A stretch of 64,000 nucleotides of DNA, from assembly GCA_964590105.1 (NCBI GenBank), contig CAZPYM010000001.1, forward strand, positions 236,746-300,745, read 5' to 3'. A program made the position numbers and the translations under genes. Source of the stretch: an uncultured Gammaproteobacteria bacterium. Lineage in GTDB: Bacteria; Patescibacteriota; Patescibacteriia; UBA11705; JABHMO01. Below, piece after piece: positions 47,815 through 58,415 of the stretch (its first letter is position 1; every line of letters begins with the position of its first letter). The notes under the pieces were generated by a model, which saw nothing but the letters and a program-made list of their open reading frames with translations, was not told where the DNA came from and ran no database searches.

Positions 47815-49112
47815 ATATTTTTATGAAAAGCCCAAACATATTGATCATTGATGCAAACTCTACTTACCACGTTGGTAATACCGCCTTACTTGATAGTTCG
47901 ATTGAACAATTAAAAGAAGGTTTTCCAAATGCAAATTTTACGATTTTAGCATTTGACCCAAAATCGATTTCAAAAATGTTTACTGAACATAAAGTCATTG
48001 AAGCTCTCTGGTCAAAACCATTCTCTGCGTTCACAAATATACAAAAAATAGGCTGGTTGACTCGCGAATCTATTTGGATTACCATAAATTCGCTTAATTT
48101 ACTTTTAAAAAAATATATTAAAATTAAAATAAATCCAAAAATATATACCTTTTCGCCAATCAAGCGCGCCGTATTAAAAGCTTATAATGATTGTGATATA
48201 GTCGTCAGTATAAGCGGAGAGATGTTAAGTGAAGAAAACCACCAACGGTTAGGTTTATTTTTGTATGGTTATTGGCTTGGCTACATAATGCATAAAACAG
48301 TAGCAATTTTTCCTCAAAGCATGGGACCTTTTAGAAAATTTTTTGCTAAAAATGTAGGCGGGTACATATTGGATCATTGTCATCTTGTCTGTCCACGGGA
48401 TAAAATTTCTTATAATCACATACAAAAATTAAGCCTAAATAAGACAAAAATTCTACTAGCTCCAGATGTTGCCGTGAACCAACCTGCGATTTCAGCCGAA
48501 CAAGCTAAATCTTTACTTCAATCAAGCGAGGTGAATATCGAGCGCAGACCAGTGGTTGGTTTATCAATTTCAAAATTCCACAACAAGGATTATGAAAAAT
48601 ATTATTCAGGTATGAAAACTATTTGCAATGAAGTTTTAGAAAAACACAAGGGATCAGTGGTACTTTTGTCGCCAAATTTTCCGTTTCAAAATGAAACCAG
48701 TGACTTTTCAGTTGCAGAAAAACTATACAATGACCTTAATTCAAAAGAAAATGTAACGTTGATTAAAGAAATGTACAGCGCCAGACAGTTTAAGGGAGTT
48801 TTAGGTGAATTAGACGCATTTTTTACAACCAGAATGCATGTTGCAATATTGGCCACAATGGCGTTAACTCCAACTGTTACAATAAATACCCAAGTAAAGC
48901 TACGTGGTTATATGGAAATGATTGACAATGGACAGTGGGCATGCGATGTCAATAATTTTACTAATGCCAAAGCATTAGAGTTACTAACTTCTCTTTTATC
49001 TAACAAAGAATCCATGAAATTAAATTTAGAAAAAGCCAGAGCCAGAGTGACTCAAGAATCAAAACAGGCTACTGTTCAATTAAAACAAATTTTTGAATCA
49101 AGAAATTCTTAA
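47811..49112 (+). CDS. Polysaccharide pyruvyl transferase family protein
   Basis: The N-terminal GT-B-like 'ILIIDANSTYHVGNTALL' pattern is typical of WcaK/CsaB. It is paired with a downstream FrhB-like gene. Confidence 0.45.
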   Translation: MNIFMKSPNILIIDANSTYHVGNTALLDSSIEQLKEGFPNANFTILAFDPKSISKMFTEHKVIEALWSKPFSAFTNIQKIGWLTRESIWITINSLNLLLKKYIKIKINPKIYTFSPIKRAVLKAYNDCDIVVSISGEMLSEENHQRLGLFLYGYWLGYIMHKTVAIFPQSMGPFRKFFAKNVGGYILDHCHLVCPRDKISYNHIQKLSLNKTKILLAPDVAVNQPAISAEQAKSLLQSSEVNIERRPVVGLSISKFHNKDYEKYYSGMKTICNEVLEKHKGSVVLLSPNFPFQNETSDFSVAEKLYNDLNSKENVTLIKEMYSARQFKGVLGELDAFFTTRMHVAILATMALTPTVTINTQVKLRGYMEMIDNGQWACDVNNFTNAKALELLTSLLSNKESMKLNLEKARARVTQESKQATVQLKQIFESRNS

Positions 49113-50403
49113 TATGATCCTGAACGACTATAAAATCATCAAAAATCTTTGTTATGGCTGCGGAACATGCGCAGGTGTTTGTCCTACTGGTAGTATGACT
49201 ATGCAGAAGGATAAACTTGGTGTTTTTACGCCTAGTTATAATGGAGATCTTTGTATCCGATGTAATAACTGTGTTAATGTTTGCCCTGCTACTGCAGAAT
49301 ATAAGCACCATTGTGATATAGTAAAACAGGAGGAGAACCTAATGAATCCATGCCGAAAAGCTTTTGTAGGCTATACCAAAAATGACCAGGTCAGAAATAA
49401 AGCAACTTCTGGCGGAATTATAACCACATTACTTGATTGGGCAATTAGAGAAAAAATAATTGATTCTGCCCTAGTTGTTAAATCTAAAACAGATGACCCT
49501 TTTTCTTCAGAAGCAACCATTATTTTTGATTGTCCTAGCTTATATGAATCAAGTGGCTCACGATATTTGCCCGTGGAATTTAGCTCAGCAATAAAAGCTA
49601 TAATCTACAATGAAAACATTAAAAAAACCGCTATAGTGGGGCTGCCATGCCATATTCATGGAATAACTTTAGCACAATCTTTACTCCCAAATCTAAATGA
49701 AAAAATTATTTTTAAAATTGGACTTTTTTGTAAACAAACGAAAGATATACGATTTACTGATATGATTCTTGCTAAAATGAAACTTAACAAAAACGAAGTT
49801 AAAAGTATTAAATATCGCGCTAAAGGTTGGCCTGGAAATATTGTAGTTACTTTAAAAAACGAACAAATAAAAATTTTCCCCTATAACTATTTTAATATGT
49901 TATGGGGGGCTCTGTCATGTTCCCCGAAGAGTTGCTTAACTTGTACAGACAGTATGTCAAGGTATGCAGATATTTCTGTCGGGGATGCCTGGTTACCAGA
50001 CTATATTAACGAAGAACAAGGTACCTCTGTAATACTGGCCAGAACACAAACAGGCCAAAAATTATTAAATCAAGCTATCACAAAAAATAAGATTGCGATC
50101 CAGTCAATTGATCCTACTGAAATCCTAAAAGTTCAGCCTAAATTTATTGTCCAAGCAAAAAAAGAAAATTATTGGAGCCGTTGTAAAATTTTAGGACTTT
50201 CTAATAAAAACATAAAGAAACTATATTCCAAAAAACAAAGTTCACAAAACTTCTCAGAAGCAGTTTGGGTTTTTATAGTTCGCTTTTTCAGTAGTTCTCT
50301 TATTTTTAGAAAGCTGTATCCATATTTACCCAATTTAATACACAAAACAATAAACAAAGCACATATTTTAATATGGGAAAAACTAGCAAAACGAAATCAA
50401 TAA
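49093..50403 (+). CDS. Coenzyme F420 hydrogenase/dehydrogenase beta-subunit-like protein with 2x[4Fe-4S] ferredoxin motifs
   Basis: 'CYGCGTCAGVCP' and 'CIRCNNCVNVCP' motifs, then an FrhB/FdhB-like C-terminal domain. An alternative start is at 49114. Confidence 0.6.
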   Translation: MNQEILNMILNDYKIIKNLCYGCGTCAGVCPTGSMTMQKDKLGVFTPSYNGDLCIRCNNCVNVCPATAEYKHHCDIVKQEENLMNPCRKAFVGYTKNDQVRNKATSGGIITTLLDWAIREKIIDSALVVKSKTDDPFSSEATIIFDCPSLYESSGSRYLPVEFSSAIKAIIYNENIKKTAIVGLPCHIHGITLAQSLLPNLNEKIIFKIGLFCKQTKDIRFTDMILAKMKLNKNEVKSIKYRAKGWPGNIVVTLKNEQIKIFPYNYFNMLWGALSCSPKSCLTCTDSMSRYADISVGDAWLPDYINEEQGTSVILARTQTGQKLLNQAITKNKIAIQSIDPTEILKVQPKFIVQAKKENYWSRCKILGLSNKNIKKLYSKKQSSQNFSEAVWVFIVRFFSSSLIFRKLYPYLPNLIHKTINKAHILIWEKLAKRNQ

Positions 50404-50574
50404 TATTATTTATGGAGACTCATAACACTAAAGGTACAATTTATTACATTAACCACGATGAAGAAAGGATTACTATGGCTGAATTAGCGCGAAAAAAGAC
50501 CCTTAACCAGCACACATATCTTCACGGAAGGGATTAATTATTATCAATTGTTAAAATAGAATAGAAATATTATT

Positions 50575-51705
50575 ATGAAAATTGGTATTATCAATTATAC
50601 AGGCGGGGGAATCAGTGGCGGCTATTTAAAATACTTACAAAACATCTTGCCGCTACTGGCAAAACATACTGATATTTCATCCATACTTTGCGCTACACCT
50701 CCTAATATATCATTAGAAAATAAACTTGGAGATATTAAAAAGCTTGAGCATACTGATTGTTTACCTTTTAAATATTTTAGGCTACACAAAGATAAAGCCT
50801 TATACGCAAAACTTGATCAATTCAAGCCTGATGTTTTATTTTTCCCTTTGGAGCACTTTTTTCAATATAAAAACATTCCCACAGTTACCATGATTCAAAA
50901 CATGGAGCCTTTAATTGACAATTTTCCAGGGGATCCTGTTTTAGAAAAAATCAAAAAACTACTTCAACGTCGGGCAGCGAAAAAAGCAGTAATGACCACA
51001 GATGCAATTATTGCACCATCTGATTTTGTATTAAATTTCCTGGTAGATAAGTGGCATATTCCAAAACAAAAAATTACCAGAATTTATTATGGTATTAATA
51101 AAATTGAACAACTTTCAATCACAAAACCAAAAAAAATCCCCGATTCATGGAAAAATCAATTTATTTTTACAGTTGGATCTATCAGACCAGCCCGCGGACT
51201 TGATGATTTAGTTACAGCTATTCAGCACCAAGAAATCAAAAAAATAGATAGTCTATATTTTGTAATTGCAGGCAAAGCATCTTCAGCAACAAAGGAATAC
51301 AGGGATAATTTATATAATAGAATTAAAAAATCCAGTTTATTGAACAGAGTATCTTGGCAAAGTCAGCTGACCGAATCAGAAATGGCTTGGTGCTATCAAA
51401 ATTGTTTAACTTTTGCAATAACCAGCAAAATAGAATCTTTTGGAATGATCACAGGCGAAGCTCTCTCACATAATTGCATAATTGTATCTTCAGATGCGCC
51501 ATGTATGCCTGAAATTGCAAAGGATGCTGCGATATTCTATAAAAGTGGCGATGGGAAATCCCTTGCAGATAAGCTTATTCAGGCTACACATCTTACAACA
51601 GAAGAGAAAAACACAATATTTTCGCGTACTCAAGCTCGCGCTTCTGAATTTGCTTGGCAAACAACAGCTGAAAAGACTATTTATTTATTAAAATCACTTA
51701 TATAA
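50575..51705 (+). CDS. GT4 (GT-B) glycosyltransferase
   Basis: 'ESFGMITGEALSHNCIIVSS' motif. Confidence 0.6.
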   Translation: MKIGIINYTGGGISGGYLKYLQNILPLLAKHTDISSILCATPPNISLENKLGDIKKLEHTDCLPFKYFRLHKDKALYAKLDQFKPDVLFFPLEHFFQYKNIPTVTMIQNMEPLIDNFPGDPVLEKIKKLLQRRAAKKAVMTTDAIIAPSDFVLNFLVDKWHIPKQKITRIYYGINKIEQLSITKPKKIPDSWKNQFIFTVGSIRPARGLDDLVTAIQHQEIKKIDSLYFVIAGKASSATKEYRDNLYNRIKKSSLLNRVSWQSQLTESEMAWCYQNCLTFAITSKIESFGMITGEALSHNCIIVSSDAPCMPEIAKDAAIFYKSGDGKSLADKLIQATHLTTEEKNTIFSRTQARASEFAWQTTAEKTIYLLKSLI

Positions 51706-51787
51706 TGATCTCTCGAACTAGTTTGATTTAATTAATTTCTTGTGCTAATATCATATTTGTAATTATCGCCAAAATAAGTAACAGAAT

Positions 51788-53029
51788 ATGAATATATTAA
51801 TTATTTCACAATATTTCTGGCCAGAAAATTTTCGCATCAACGAGATGGCTAAAGGCCTAAAAGACAAAGGCCATAATATAACAGTACTGACCGGGATACC
51901 AAACTATCCGCAAGGAAAATTTTACAAGGGGTATAGCCTCTCTGAAAACCGAAAAGAAAATTATTCAGGCGTAAAAATAATAAGAGCCGTTTTAATTCCA
52001 AGAGGAAATAGTAGCTCAGTTAAATTAATACTAAATTGTGTTTCATTTGCAATCTGTGCATCTTTTACAGCAATATTTAGCTGCAAAGAAAAATATGATT
52101 TAATATTTGTTTTTGAACCATCCCCTATAACAGTTGGGTTACCTGCCGTTATCCTAAAGAAATTAAAAAAGATTCCTATATTATTTTGGGTTCAGGATCT
52201 TTGGCCTGAAAGTTTATCTGCAACAGGCTCAATAAAATCTCCTTTTTTACTAAAAATTGTTGGCAGGTTTGTCAAATTTATATATAAAAATTGCGATAAA
52301 CTATTAATTCAGTCCAAAGGATTTACTGAAAGCATAGAAAGTTTCGACATTCAACTAGATAAAATTCAATTTTTTCCCAATTGGGCAGGAGAATCACAAC
52401 TGCCAAAACAGAACGAAGAAATAAACAAAACTAATCAAATCAAATCAAAGTTTCCAGATGGTTTTAATATATTATTTGCGGGCAATATTGGCGTAGCACA
52501 AGATTTTGAAACTATTATATCAGCGATGGAAAACATACCAGCATACAAAAATATCAATCTAATTATCATGGGAGAAGGAAGAAAACGAAACTGGGTTAAA
52601 AATCAAATCAAGGAAAAGAATCTGTCCAACATATATCTGTTTGAAAAATGTTTATTAGCAGAAATACAATATTATTATTCAAACACAGATGCATTACTAG
52701 TATCTCTCAAGGATGAGGCTATATTCAATTCAACAATCCCTGCAAAAGTACAATCATACCTTTACAGCGGAAAACCGATTATAGCTGCTCTTAATGGCGA
52801 AGGCTCTAAGATTATAAAGGAATCTGGATCGGGTTTAACCTGTCCAAGCTCAGACAAAAAAGGCCTTTCAGAAATCATATTATTAATGTACAATAAAACA
52901 CCAGAAGAAAGAAAACAAATGGGTAAAAATGGACTAAATTATTACAATGAAAATTTTGAATTTAAAAAATTGTTAAATAAGCTAGAAAGCTGGATGCAGG
53001 ATCAACTTATTAAAAACAATAAAGCCTAA
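51788..53029 (+). CDS. GT4 glycosyltransferase, WbuB-like (L-FucNAc-type transferase)
   Basis: 'MNILIISQYFWPE' N-terminus typical of WbuB/WbjE, adjacent to FnlC-like genes. Confidence 0.55.
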   Translation: MNILIISQYFWPENFRINEMAKGLKDKGHNITVLTGIPNYPQGKFYKGYSLSENRKENYSGVKIIRAVLIPRGNSSSVKLILNCVSFAICASFTAIFSCKEKYDLIFVFEPSPITVGLPAVILKKLKKIPILFWVQDLWPESLSATGSIKSPFLLKIVGRFVKFIYKNCDKLLIQSKGFTESIESFDIQLDKIQFFPNWAGESQLPKQNEEINKTNQIKSKFPDGFNILFAGNIGVAQDFETIISAMENIPAYKNINLIIMGEGRKRNWVKNQIKEKNLSNIYLFEKCLLAEIQYYYSNTDALLVSLKDEAIFNSTIPAKVQSYLYSGKPIIAALNGEGSKIIKESGSGLTCPSSDKKGLSEIILLMYNKTPEERKQMGKNGLNYYNENFEFKKLLNKLESWMQDQLIKNNKA

Positions 53030-53043
53030 GGGCCTCCAAATTT

Positions 53044-55152
53044 ATGCCTATAAAAGTATTAACGATTCTTGGGACAAGACCAGAAATTATCAAACTAAGC
53101 CTGATAATGAAAGAATTGGAAAAGCATATACAACATGTATTAGTACATACAGGACAAAACTATGATTACGAACTAAATGAAATCTTCTTCAATGAGATGG
53201 AAATTCGTAAGCCAGATTATTTCTTAGATGCTGTTGGCGATAATTTAGCTGAAACAATTGGAAATATTATTTCAAAAGTCGACAAAGTACTTGAAAAAGA
53301 AAAACCAGATGCAGTCCTAGTATATGGTGACACTAATAGCTGCTTATCAGTAATCCCTGCAAAACGAAGGAAAATACCAATTTTCCACATGGAGGCTGGA
53401 AATCGTTGTTTTGACGCAAGAGTACCAGAAGAAGCAAATCGAAAAATCATTGACCACACAAGCGATATCAACATGACCATTACTGAACACGCTAGAAGAT
53501 ACTTGATACAGGAAGGGATTAGGCCAGAAACTATTATAAAAACAGGGTCTCCAATGATTGAAATTCTTGAATATTACAAAGAAAAAATTAAAAAATCTAC
53601 AATTTTACAAAATTTAAACATTGAGCCTGAAAATTTCTTCTTGGTTAGTGCTCATAGAGAAGAAAACATTGACTCTGAAATAAACTTTAATGATCTACTG
53701 GATACTCTTAATGGCATTGCCGAGAAGTACCAAAAACCTATCATTGTTTCTACACATCCAAGAACAAGAAAACGGATAGAGCTTCAAGGAAATGTTAATT
53801 TTAACCCATTAATTCGGTTTATGAAACCTCTAGGGTTTTTGGACTATGTTAAACTACAAATGGAAGCTAAATGCGTAATTTCCGACAGTGGTACAATCAC
53901 TGAGGAGGGAACTATTTTAAATATTCCTGTTGTTACTTTACGACAGGCACATGAAAGACCTGAGGGAATGGATGAAGGAACCTTAATCATGAGTGATCCT
54001 AAACGTGAAGACGTTTTAGCGGCAATGGACACTGTTATGGCGCAACATTCTAAAATTGAGCGGATCTTTAGAGTTGTACCTGACTACGATGTTAAAAATG
54101 TTTCCAAAAAAACTGTCAGGATCATCATGAGTTATATAAGATATATTAATAGAACTGTTTGGTACAAAGACGAAAAATCTAATTCTTCAAACAATTTGAT
54201 CAGTAACGCTGTTCTAAAACAACAAAACGGCATGTTGCAAAAAATATGTATCTTAGGCTGCTCTGGCATGCTTGGTTCAATGATTTTAGATGTATTTGCA
54301 AAAGATTCTAACTATGAAATAATAGCTGTTGTGCGTGATATTTCATATGCAGAATCACAAAAAAACAAATATTCAAATGTAAAATGGCAAATTTTAGATG
54401 CTGAAAAAGCTACTGAACATGACATCGCAGAAATCATAGCTGATTGCAAATGGGTAATAAATGCTATTGGTGTAATAAAACCATACATAAAAGACACAGA
54501 AGATCAACAAGTGGAACGAGCAATTAAAGTAAATGCACTTTTTCCACACCTATTAGCAAAAGTTGCGAAAACTAAAGGAACGAAAGTGATACAAATAGCT
54601 ACAGACTGTGTTTATTCTGGACAAAAAGGATCTTACAAGGAAAGCGATTCACATGATTCTATTGATGCTTATGGAAAAACAAAAGGACTTGGTGAAGCTA
54701 ATAATGCAAGCTTTTATAATCTTAGATGTTCAATCATCGGACCAGAAACAAAAAACAATGTTTCTCTATTAGATTGGTTCCTTGGGCAACCAGCAAACGG
54801 TCAACTAAATGGTTTTACTAATCATCACTGGAACGGAATTACTACTTTACATTTTGCGAAAATCTGTATAGGAATAGTAAAATCTGACATGAATTTACCT
54901 AATAAGCAACACATAATTCCTGCTAATAAGATTTCTAAACATAATCTTTTACTAACTTTTTCTACTAACTTTGATCGAAGTGATCTTAAAATCAATCCAG
55001 TGCCAGCCGATACTGTAATTGACCGTACTTTAGCAACAGAAAATTCAGCTAATAATTTAAGGATTTGGCAGGCTGCAGGATACAATGAACCGCCGACAAT
55101 CGAAAAAATGGTTGAGGAATTAGCGCTGTTAATAAATAAAAATAACAATTAA
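53044..55152 (+). CDS. Fusion: non-hydrolysing UDP-GlcNAc 2-epimerase (WecB/FnlC-like) + RmlD/FnlB-like SDR reductase
   Basis: N-terminal 'VLTILGTRPEIIKLS', 'VYGDTNS' and 'HMEAGNR' motifs. C-terminal 'ILGCSGMLGS' Rossmann fold and 'YGKTK' YxxxK motif. 702 aa. Confidence 0.7.
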   Translation: MPIKVLTILGTRPEIIKLSLIMKELEKHIQHVLVHTGQNYDYELNEIFFNEMEIRKPDYFLDAVGDNLAETIGNIISKVDKVLEKEKPDAVLVYGDTNSCLSVIPAKRRKIPIFHMEAGNRCFDARVPEEANRKIIDHTSDINMTITEHARRYLIQEGIRPETIIKTGSPMIEILEYYKEKIKKSTILQNLNIEPENFFLVSAHREENIDSEINFNDLLDTLNGIAEKYQKPIIVSTHPRTRKRIELQGNVNFNPLIRFMKPLGFLDYVKLQMEAKCVISDSGTITEEGTILNIPVVTLRQAHERPEGMDEGTLIMSDPKREDVLAAMDTVMAQHSKIERIFRVVPDYDVKNVSKKTVRIIMSYIRYINRTVWYKDEKSNSSNNLISNAVLKQQNGMLQKICILGCSGMLGSMILDVFAKDSNYEIIAVVRDISYAESQKNKYSNVKWQILDAEKATEHDIAEIIADCKWVINAIGVIKPYIKDTEDQQVERAIKVNALFPHLLAKVAKTKGTKVIQIATDCVYSGQKGSYKESDSHDSIDAYGKTKGLGEANNASFYNLRCSIIGPETKNNVSLLDWFLGQPANGQLNGFTNHHWNGITTLHFAKICIGIVKSDMNLPNKQHIIPANKISKHNLLLTFSTNFDRSDLKINPVPADTVIDRTLATENSANNLRIWQAAGYNEPPTIEKMVEELALLINKNNN

Positions 55153-55158
55153 TAAACC

Positions 55159-55941
55159 ATGAAGACTAATCAAAACATTGAAAATGAAAAAGAATGGCAC
55201 GAACAAAAATTTTATATTGACAATGGACATTGGACATCAAAACCATTATTCGCATCAAGAGAAAGACATTGGCTTAAAAATGATTTTCAAAAAATTAGAT
55301 TTTTCGGCGACTTATTTCATTATTTAAAAAATAAATCATATTTCCAAAAAGCAAAAATTTTAATGGCCCCAGTTGGCAATGGTGATGACTTAAAATATTT
55401 GCACGGTTTCTATGAAGAAGATATCCATGGAATTGACATTTCAGAATACGCACTCAAAAAATGTCCAAGCACAATAATAAAAAAAGCAAGGGACATTCTT
55501 AATTCTGGTTATGAAAACGCTTCATTTGATTTGATCATTTGCTGCCAATTTCTTCATCATACTCACAAAATTGGCTTTGAGCCCTTTATTCAAGAATTTT
55601 ATCGCATATTACGTCCCGGTGGAGTACTTGCAATCATGGAACCGAGTGAGTTTTACCCCTTATCATTTATTTTTCGCTTTCTCAATAAATGGTTGGGCAA
55701 TGTTACCGGGAAAGTAAATGACGAAAAACCAATTCAGCCATCTAAAATTACAAAAATTCTTAAATCAAATAATTTTGAAAATATCCAAGTTCATGGCTTA
55801 AGTTATAATCATGTTAGATTTCCAATTATAATACAGAATCTTATCAATTTAATAGATTTTTTGTTTCGACGATTATATCCATTCAATATGGCAGCGGAAA
55901 GTGTAGGTTGGTATGGCCAGAAGCATTCAGATGACAAATAA
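55159..55941 (+). CDS. Class I SAM-dependent methyltransferase
   Basis: Methyltransf_11/23-like pattern ('LRPGGVLAIMEP'). Confidence 0.5.
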   Translation: MKTNQNIENEKEWHEQKFYIDNGHWTSKPLFASRERHWLKNDFQKIRFFGDLFHYLKNKSYFQKAKILMAPVGNGDDLKYLHGFYEEDIHGIDISEYALKKCPSTIIKKARDILNSGYENASFDLIICCQFLHHTHKIGFEPFIQEFYRILRPGGVLAIMEPSEFYPLSFIFRFLNKWLGNVTGKVNDEKPIQPSKITKILKSNNFENIQVHGLSYNHVRFPIIIQNLINLIDFLFRRLYPFNMAAESVGWYGQKHSDDK

Positions 55942-55963
55942 ATTATTTTAATCCAATCATAAT

Positions 55964-57367
55964 ATGGCAAAAATATTGGTAGTAGGGGGAGCAGGGTTTA
56001 TTGGTGGAGCAATAACAGATTTATTACTAAACATAAACCATCAAACTAGGGTTTATGATTGCTTAATGTATGAAGAATCATACAGAAAACCAGTAGAATT
56101 TATTAATGGAGATATTCGAGAGCACCTTAAACTTAAAACACATTTAGATTGGGCCGATACAGTTATTTGGCTGGCAGCGCTTGTAGGAGATGGGGCTTGT
56201 AATTTGTATCCAGAATTATGTGATCTATTAAACAACCAGGAAGTAAAATGGTTCGCTGAAAATTTTAATGGGCGTATTATTTTCCCTTCAACATCTATGG
56301 TTTATGGAGTACAAGCGGGGAATCTTACTGAAAACGCTCAAATAAATCCACTTTCAATTTACGCAAAAGCAAAATGTGCAGCCGAAAACCATTTTACGAA
56401 CAAAAATGCTGTGATTGTTCGTCTAGGAAGCTTGTTCGGTGTAGGAGATAATTTTTCAAGAATTCGGTTAGATTTAGTTGGAAATGTTTTAACAACAGAT
56501 GCAGCTTTTTCAAAAAAAATAACGCTTTTCGGTGCAAATAAAACAAGACCGCTTTTACACGTCCGAGATGTTGCAGAAGTCATGGTTAACAACATTGACA
56601 CCCAATGTACTGGAACCTTCAACCTTCACTGGCAAAACATGAAGATAAGTGAAATTGCAAACCAGGTTAAAACAAATTTTCCAGAAACCCAAATTGAGGT
56701 GGTACCTGAAAAAATTCAAGCAACTGGTGATTATGGCCTAAATAGTGACAAAGCCAGAGAAGTTTTGGGCTTTAATCCAACACATACCCTTAATAGTGGC
56801 ATTAATCAATTAAAAGAACTAATAAACTCCGGGCGAATAACTGATTTTAATAACTCGAGGTATAAAAATGAAGCCTTCCTAAAACAAAACCCATTGACTA
56901 TAACAAACAATATAACAGATAACGAAAAAGATAAAATTAAATTACTTGAAGGCGGGCTTGCTGTTGATGATAGAGGAGAAGTTACCTTTGCAAATGATTT
57001 TGATTTTTCAGATGTAAAACGTTTTTACATGGTTGAAAACCATAAAGCAGGCTTTGTGCGAGCCTGGCATGCTCACCATAAAGAAGGCAAGTATGTTTTT
57101 GTGCCCAATGGCGAGGCCTTAATTGGCGCAGTAAAAATTGATAACTGGGAGAAACCAAACCACAATGCTGAGGTATATCAACATGTGTTATCAAGCCATA
57201 AGCCACAAATTCTATATATTCCGCCCGGTTATGCTAATGGGGCAATGTCCTTAACCACTGATACAAAAATAATTTATTTTTCAACATCATCACTTGATGA
57301 ATCCAAGGGCGATGACGTTCGTTATAATGCTCATTATTGGAATATTTGGGGAATCGAAGAACGTTAA
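55964..57367 (+). CDS. Fusion: NAD-dependent sugar epimerase/dehydratase (SDR) + FdtA/WxcM-like cupin 3,4-ketoisomerase domain
   Basis: N-terminal 'ILVVGGAGFIGGAI' and 'YAKAKCAAE' motifs. C-terminal 'GFVRAWHAHHKEGKYVFVPNGEALIGAVKID' resembles the FdtA HAHK motif. Confidence 0.6.
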   Translation: MAKILVVGGAGFIGGAITDLLLNINHQTRVYDCLMYEESYRKPVEFINGDIREHLKLKTHLDWADTVIWLAALVGDGACNLYPELCDLLNNQEVKWFAENFNGRIIFPSTSMVYGVQAGNLTENAQINPLSIYAKAKCAAENHFTNKNAVIVRLGSLFGVGDNFSRIRLDLVGNVLTTDAAFSKKITLFGANKTRPLLHVRDVAEVMVNNIDTQCTGTFNLHWQNMKISEIANQVKTNFPETQIEVVPEKIQATGDYGLNSDKAREVLGFNPTHTLNSGINQLKELINSGRITDFNNSRYKNEAFLKQNPLTITNNITDNEKDKIKLLEGGLAVDDRGEVTFANDFDFSDVKRFYMVENHKAGFVRAWHAHHKEGKYVFVPNGEALIGAVKIDNWEKPNHNAEVYQHVLSSHKPQILYIPPGYANGAMSLTTDTKIIYFSTSSLDESKGDDVRYNAHYWNIWGIEER

Positions 57368-57418
57368 TTCCGTTAAGCCGAACAGATAGGTTATAATCAA
57401 TAAACAATAAAAATTGAT

Positions 57419-58408
57419 ATGTTATTTGAAATTTTTATTCTATGCGTTTTAATCGCGTTTGCAATTGGCTTGATTGCTGCTTATTTAATAAAAAAATTTG
57501 GGAAGCGCTTATCACTCATTGACGCTCCTAACGAAAGAAGCGCTTACAGGCACAAAGAACCAACACCAAGAGGGGGGGGGCTCGGCATTTGGCTTGTTTC
57601 CATATTGGGAAGTATTTTAATTGTAAAAAATTTCTATTTTGCTATAATCTTTTTCTTACTAGGCGCAGTAGCCGTAGTAGATGATCGATACACCTTGTCA
57701 GTAAAAATTAGATTAATTTTTCAATTTATTCTTTCTCTCGCCATAATTTTAATTGGTCTTAAATTAGAGCTGTCAATAATATTTATTTTATTAATAATTT
57801 TCTGGATAATCTTTATCTGCTCTACTACTAATTTTTACAATTTCATGGACGGAATAGACGGCATTGCCGGAGCGACGGGAGTCATCTGCTTTAGCTTTTT
57901 AGCATTCTACGCTCACTATTTCGGCGAAGAACAGCAAATTGCACTTTTTTGTGCCTGCATGGCCGCTTCTTGTTTAGGATTCTTAATCATTAATTTCAGT
58001 AAATCGAGAGTCTTCATGGGCGACATTGGCAGTACCACTTTGGGATTTGTTTTTGCGGTCATTGTCATGCTTCTATCGAACAATCTAATAGAATTCATTT
58101 GTCTAGCATCATTTATTTTCACTTTTTATGCAGACGAAATCATAACTTTGTTTATTCGAATAAAAAAGAAGGAGAATATAACTCAAGCTCATCGCCAACA
58201 CTTATATCAGCTGCTGGCAAACGAGAAAAAGATCAAACACTGGAAAGTTACAACAATTTACATTATCGTGCAATTTATTGTCGGTGCTACCGCCGTTTTA
58301 ATCAAACCGCTTGGCGCAACAATTGTACTAGAAACTTTAATAATTTTTTTCTTGATGATTTTAATTATGAATTTACAACTACGAAACAACCTCCAGAAAA
58401 CAAACTAA
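57419..58408 (+). CDS. wecA: Polyprenol-phosphate N-acetylhexosamine-1-phosphate transferase (WecA/MraY family)
   Basis: 'NFYNFMDGIDGIAG' motif and 10 or more TM helices. Confidence 0.8.
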   Translation: MLFEIFILCVLIAFAIGLIAAYLIKKFGKRLSLIDAPNERSAYRHKEPTPRGGGLGIWLVSILGSILIVKNFYFAIIFFLLGAVAVVDDRYTLSVKIRLIFQFILSLAIILIGLKLELSIIFILLIIFWIIFICSTTNFYNFMDGIDGIAGATGVICFSFLAFYAHYFGEEQQIALFCACMAASCLGFLIINFSKSRVFMGDIGSTTLGFVFAVIVMLLSNNLIEFICLASFIFTFYADEIITLFIRIKKKENITQAHRQHLYQLLANEKKIKHWKVTTIYIIVQFIVGATAVLIKPLGATIVLETLIIFFLMILIMNLQLRNNLQKTN

Positions 58409-58415
58409 TCGAGAT

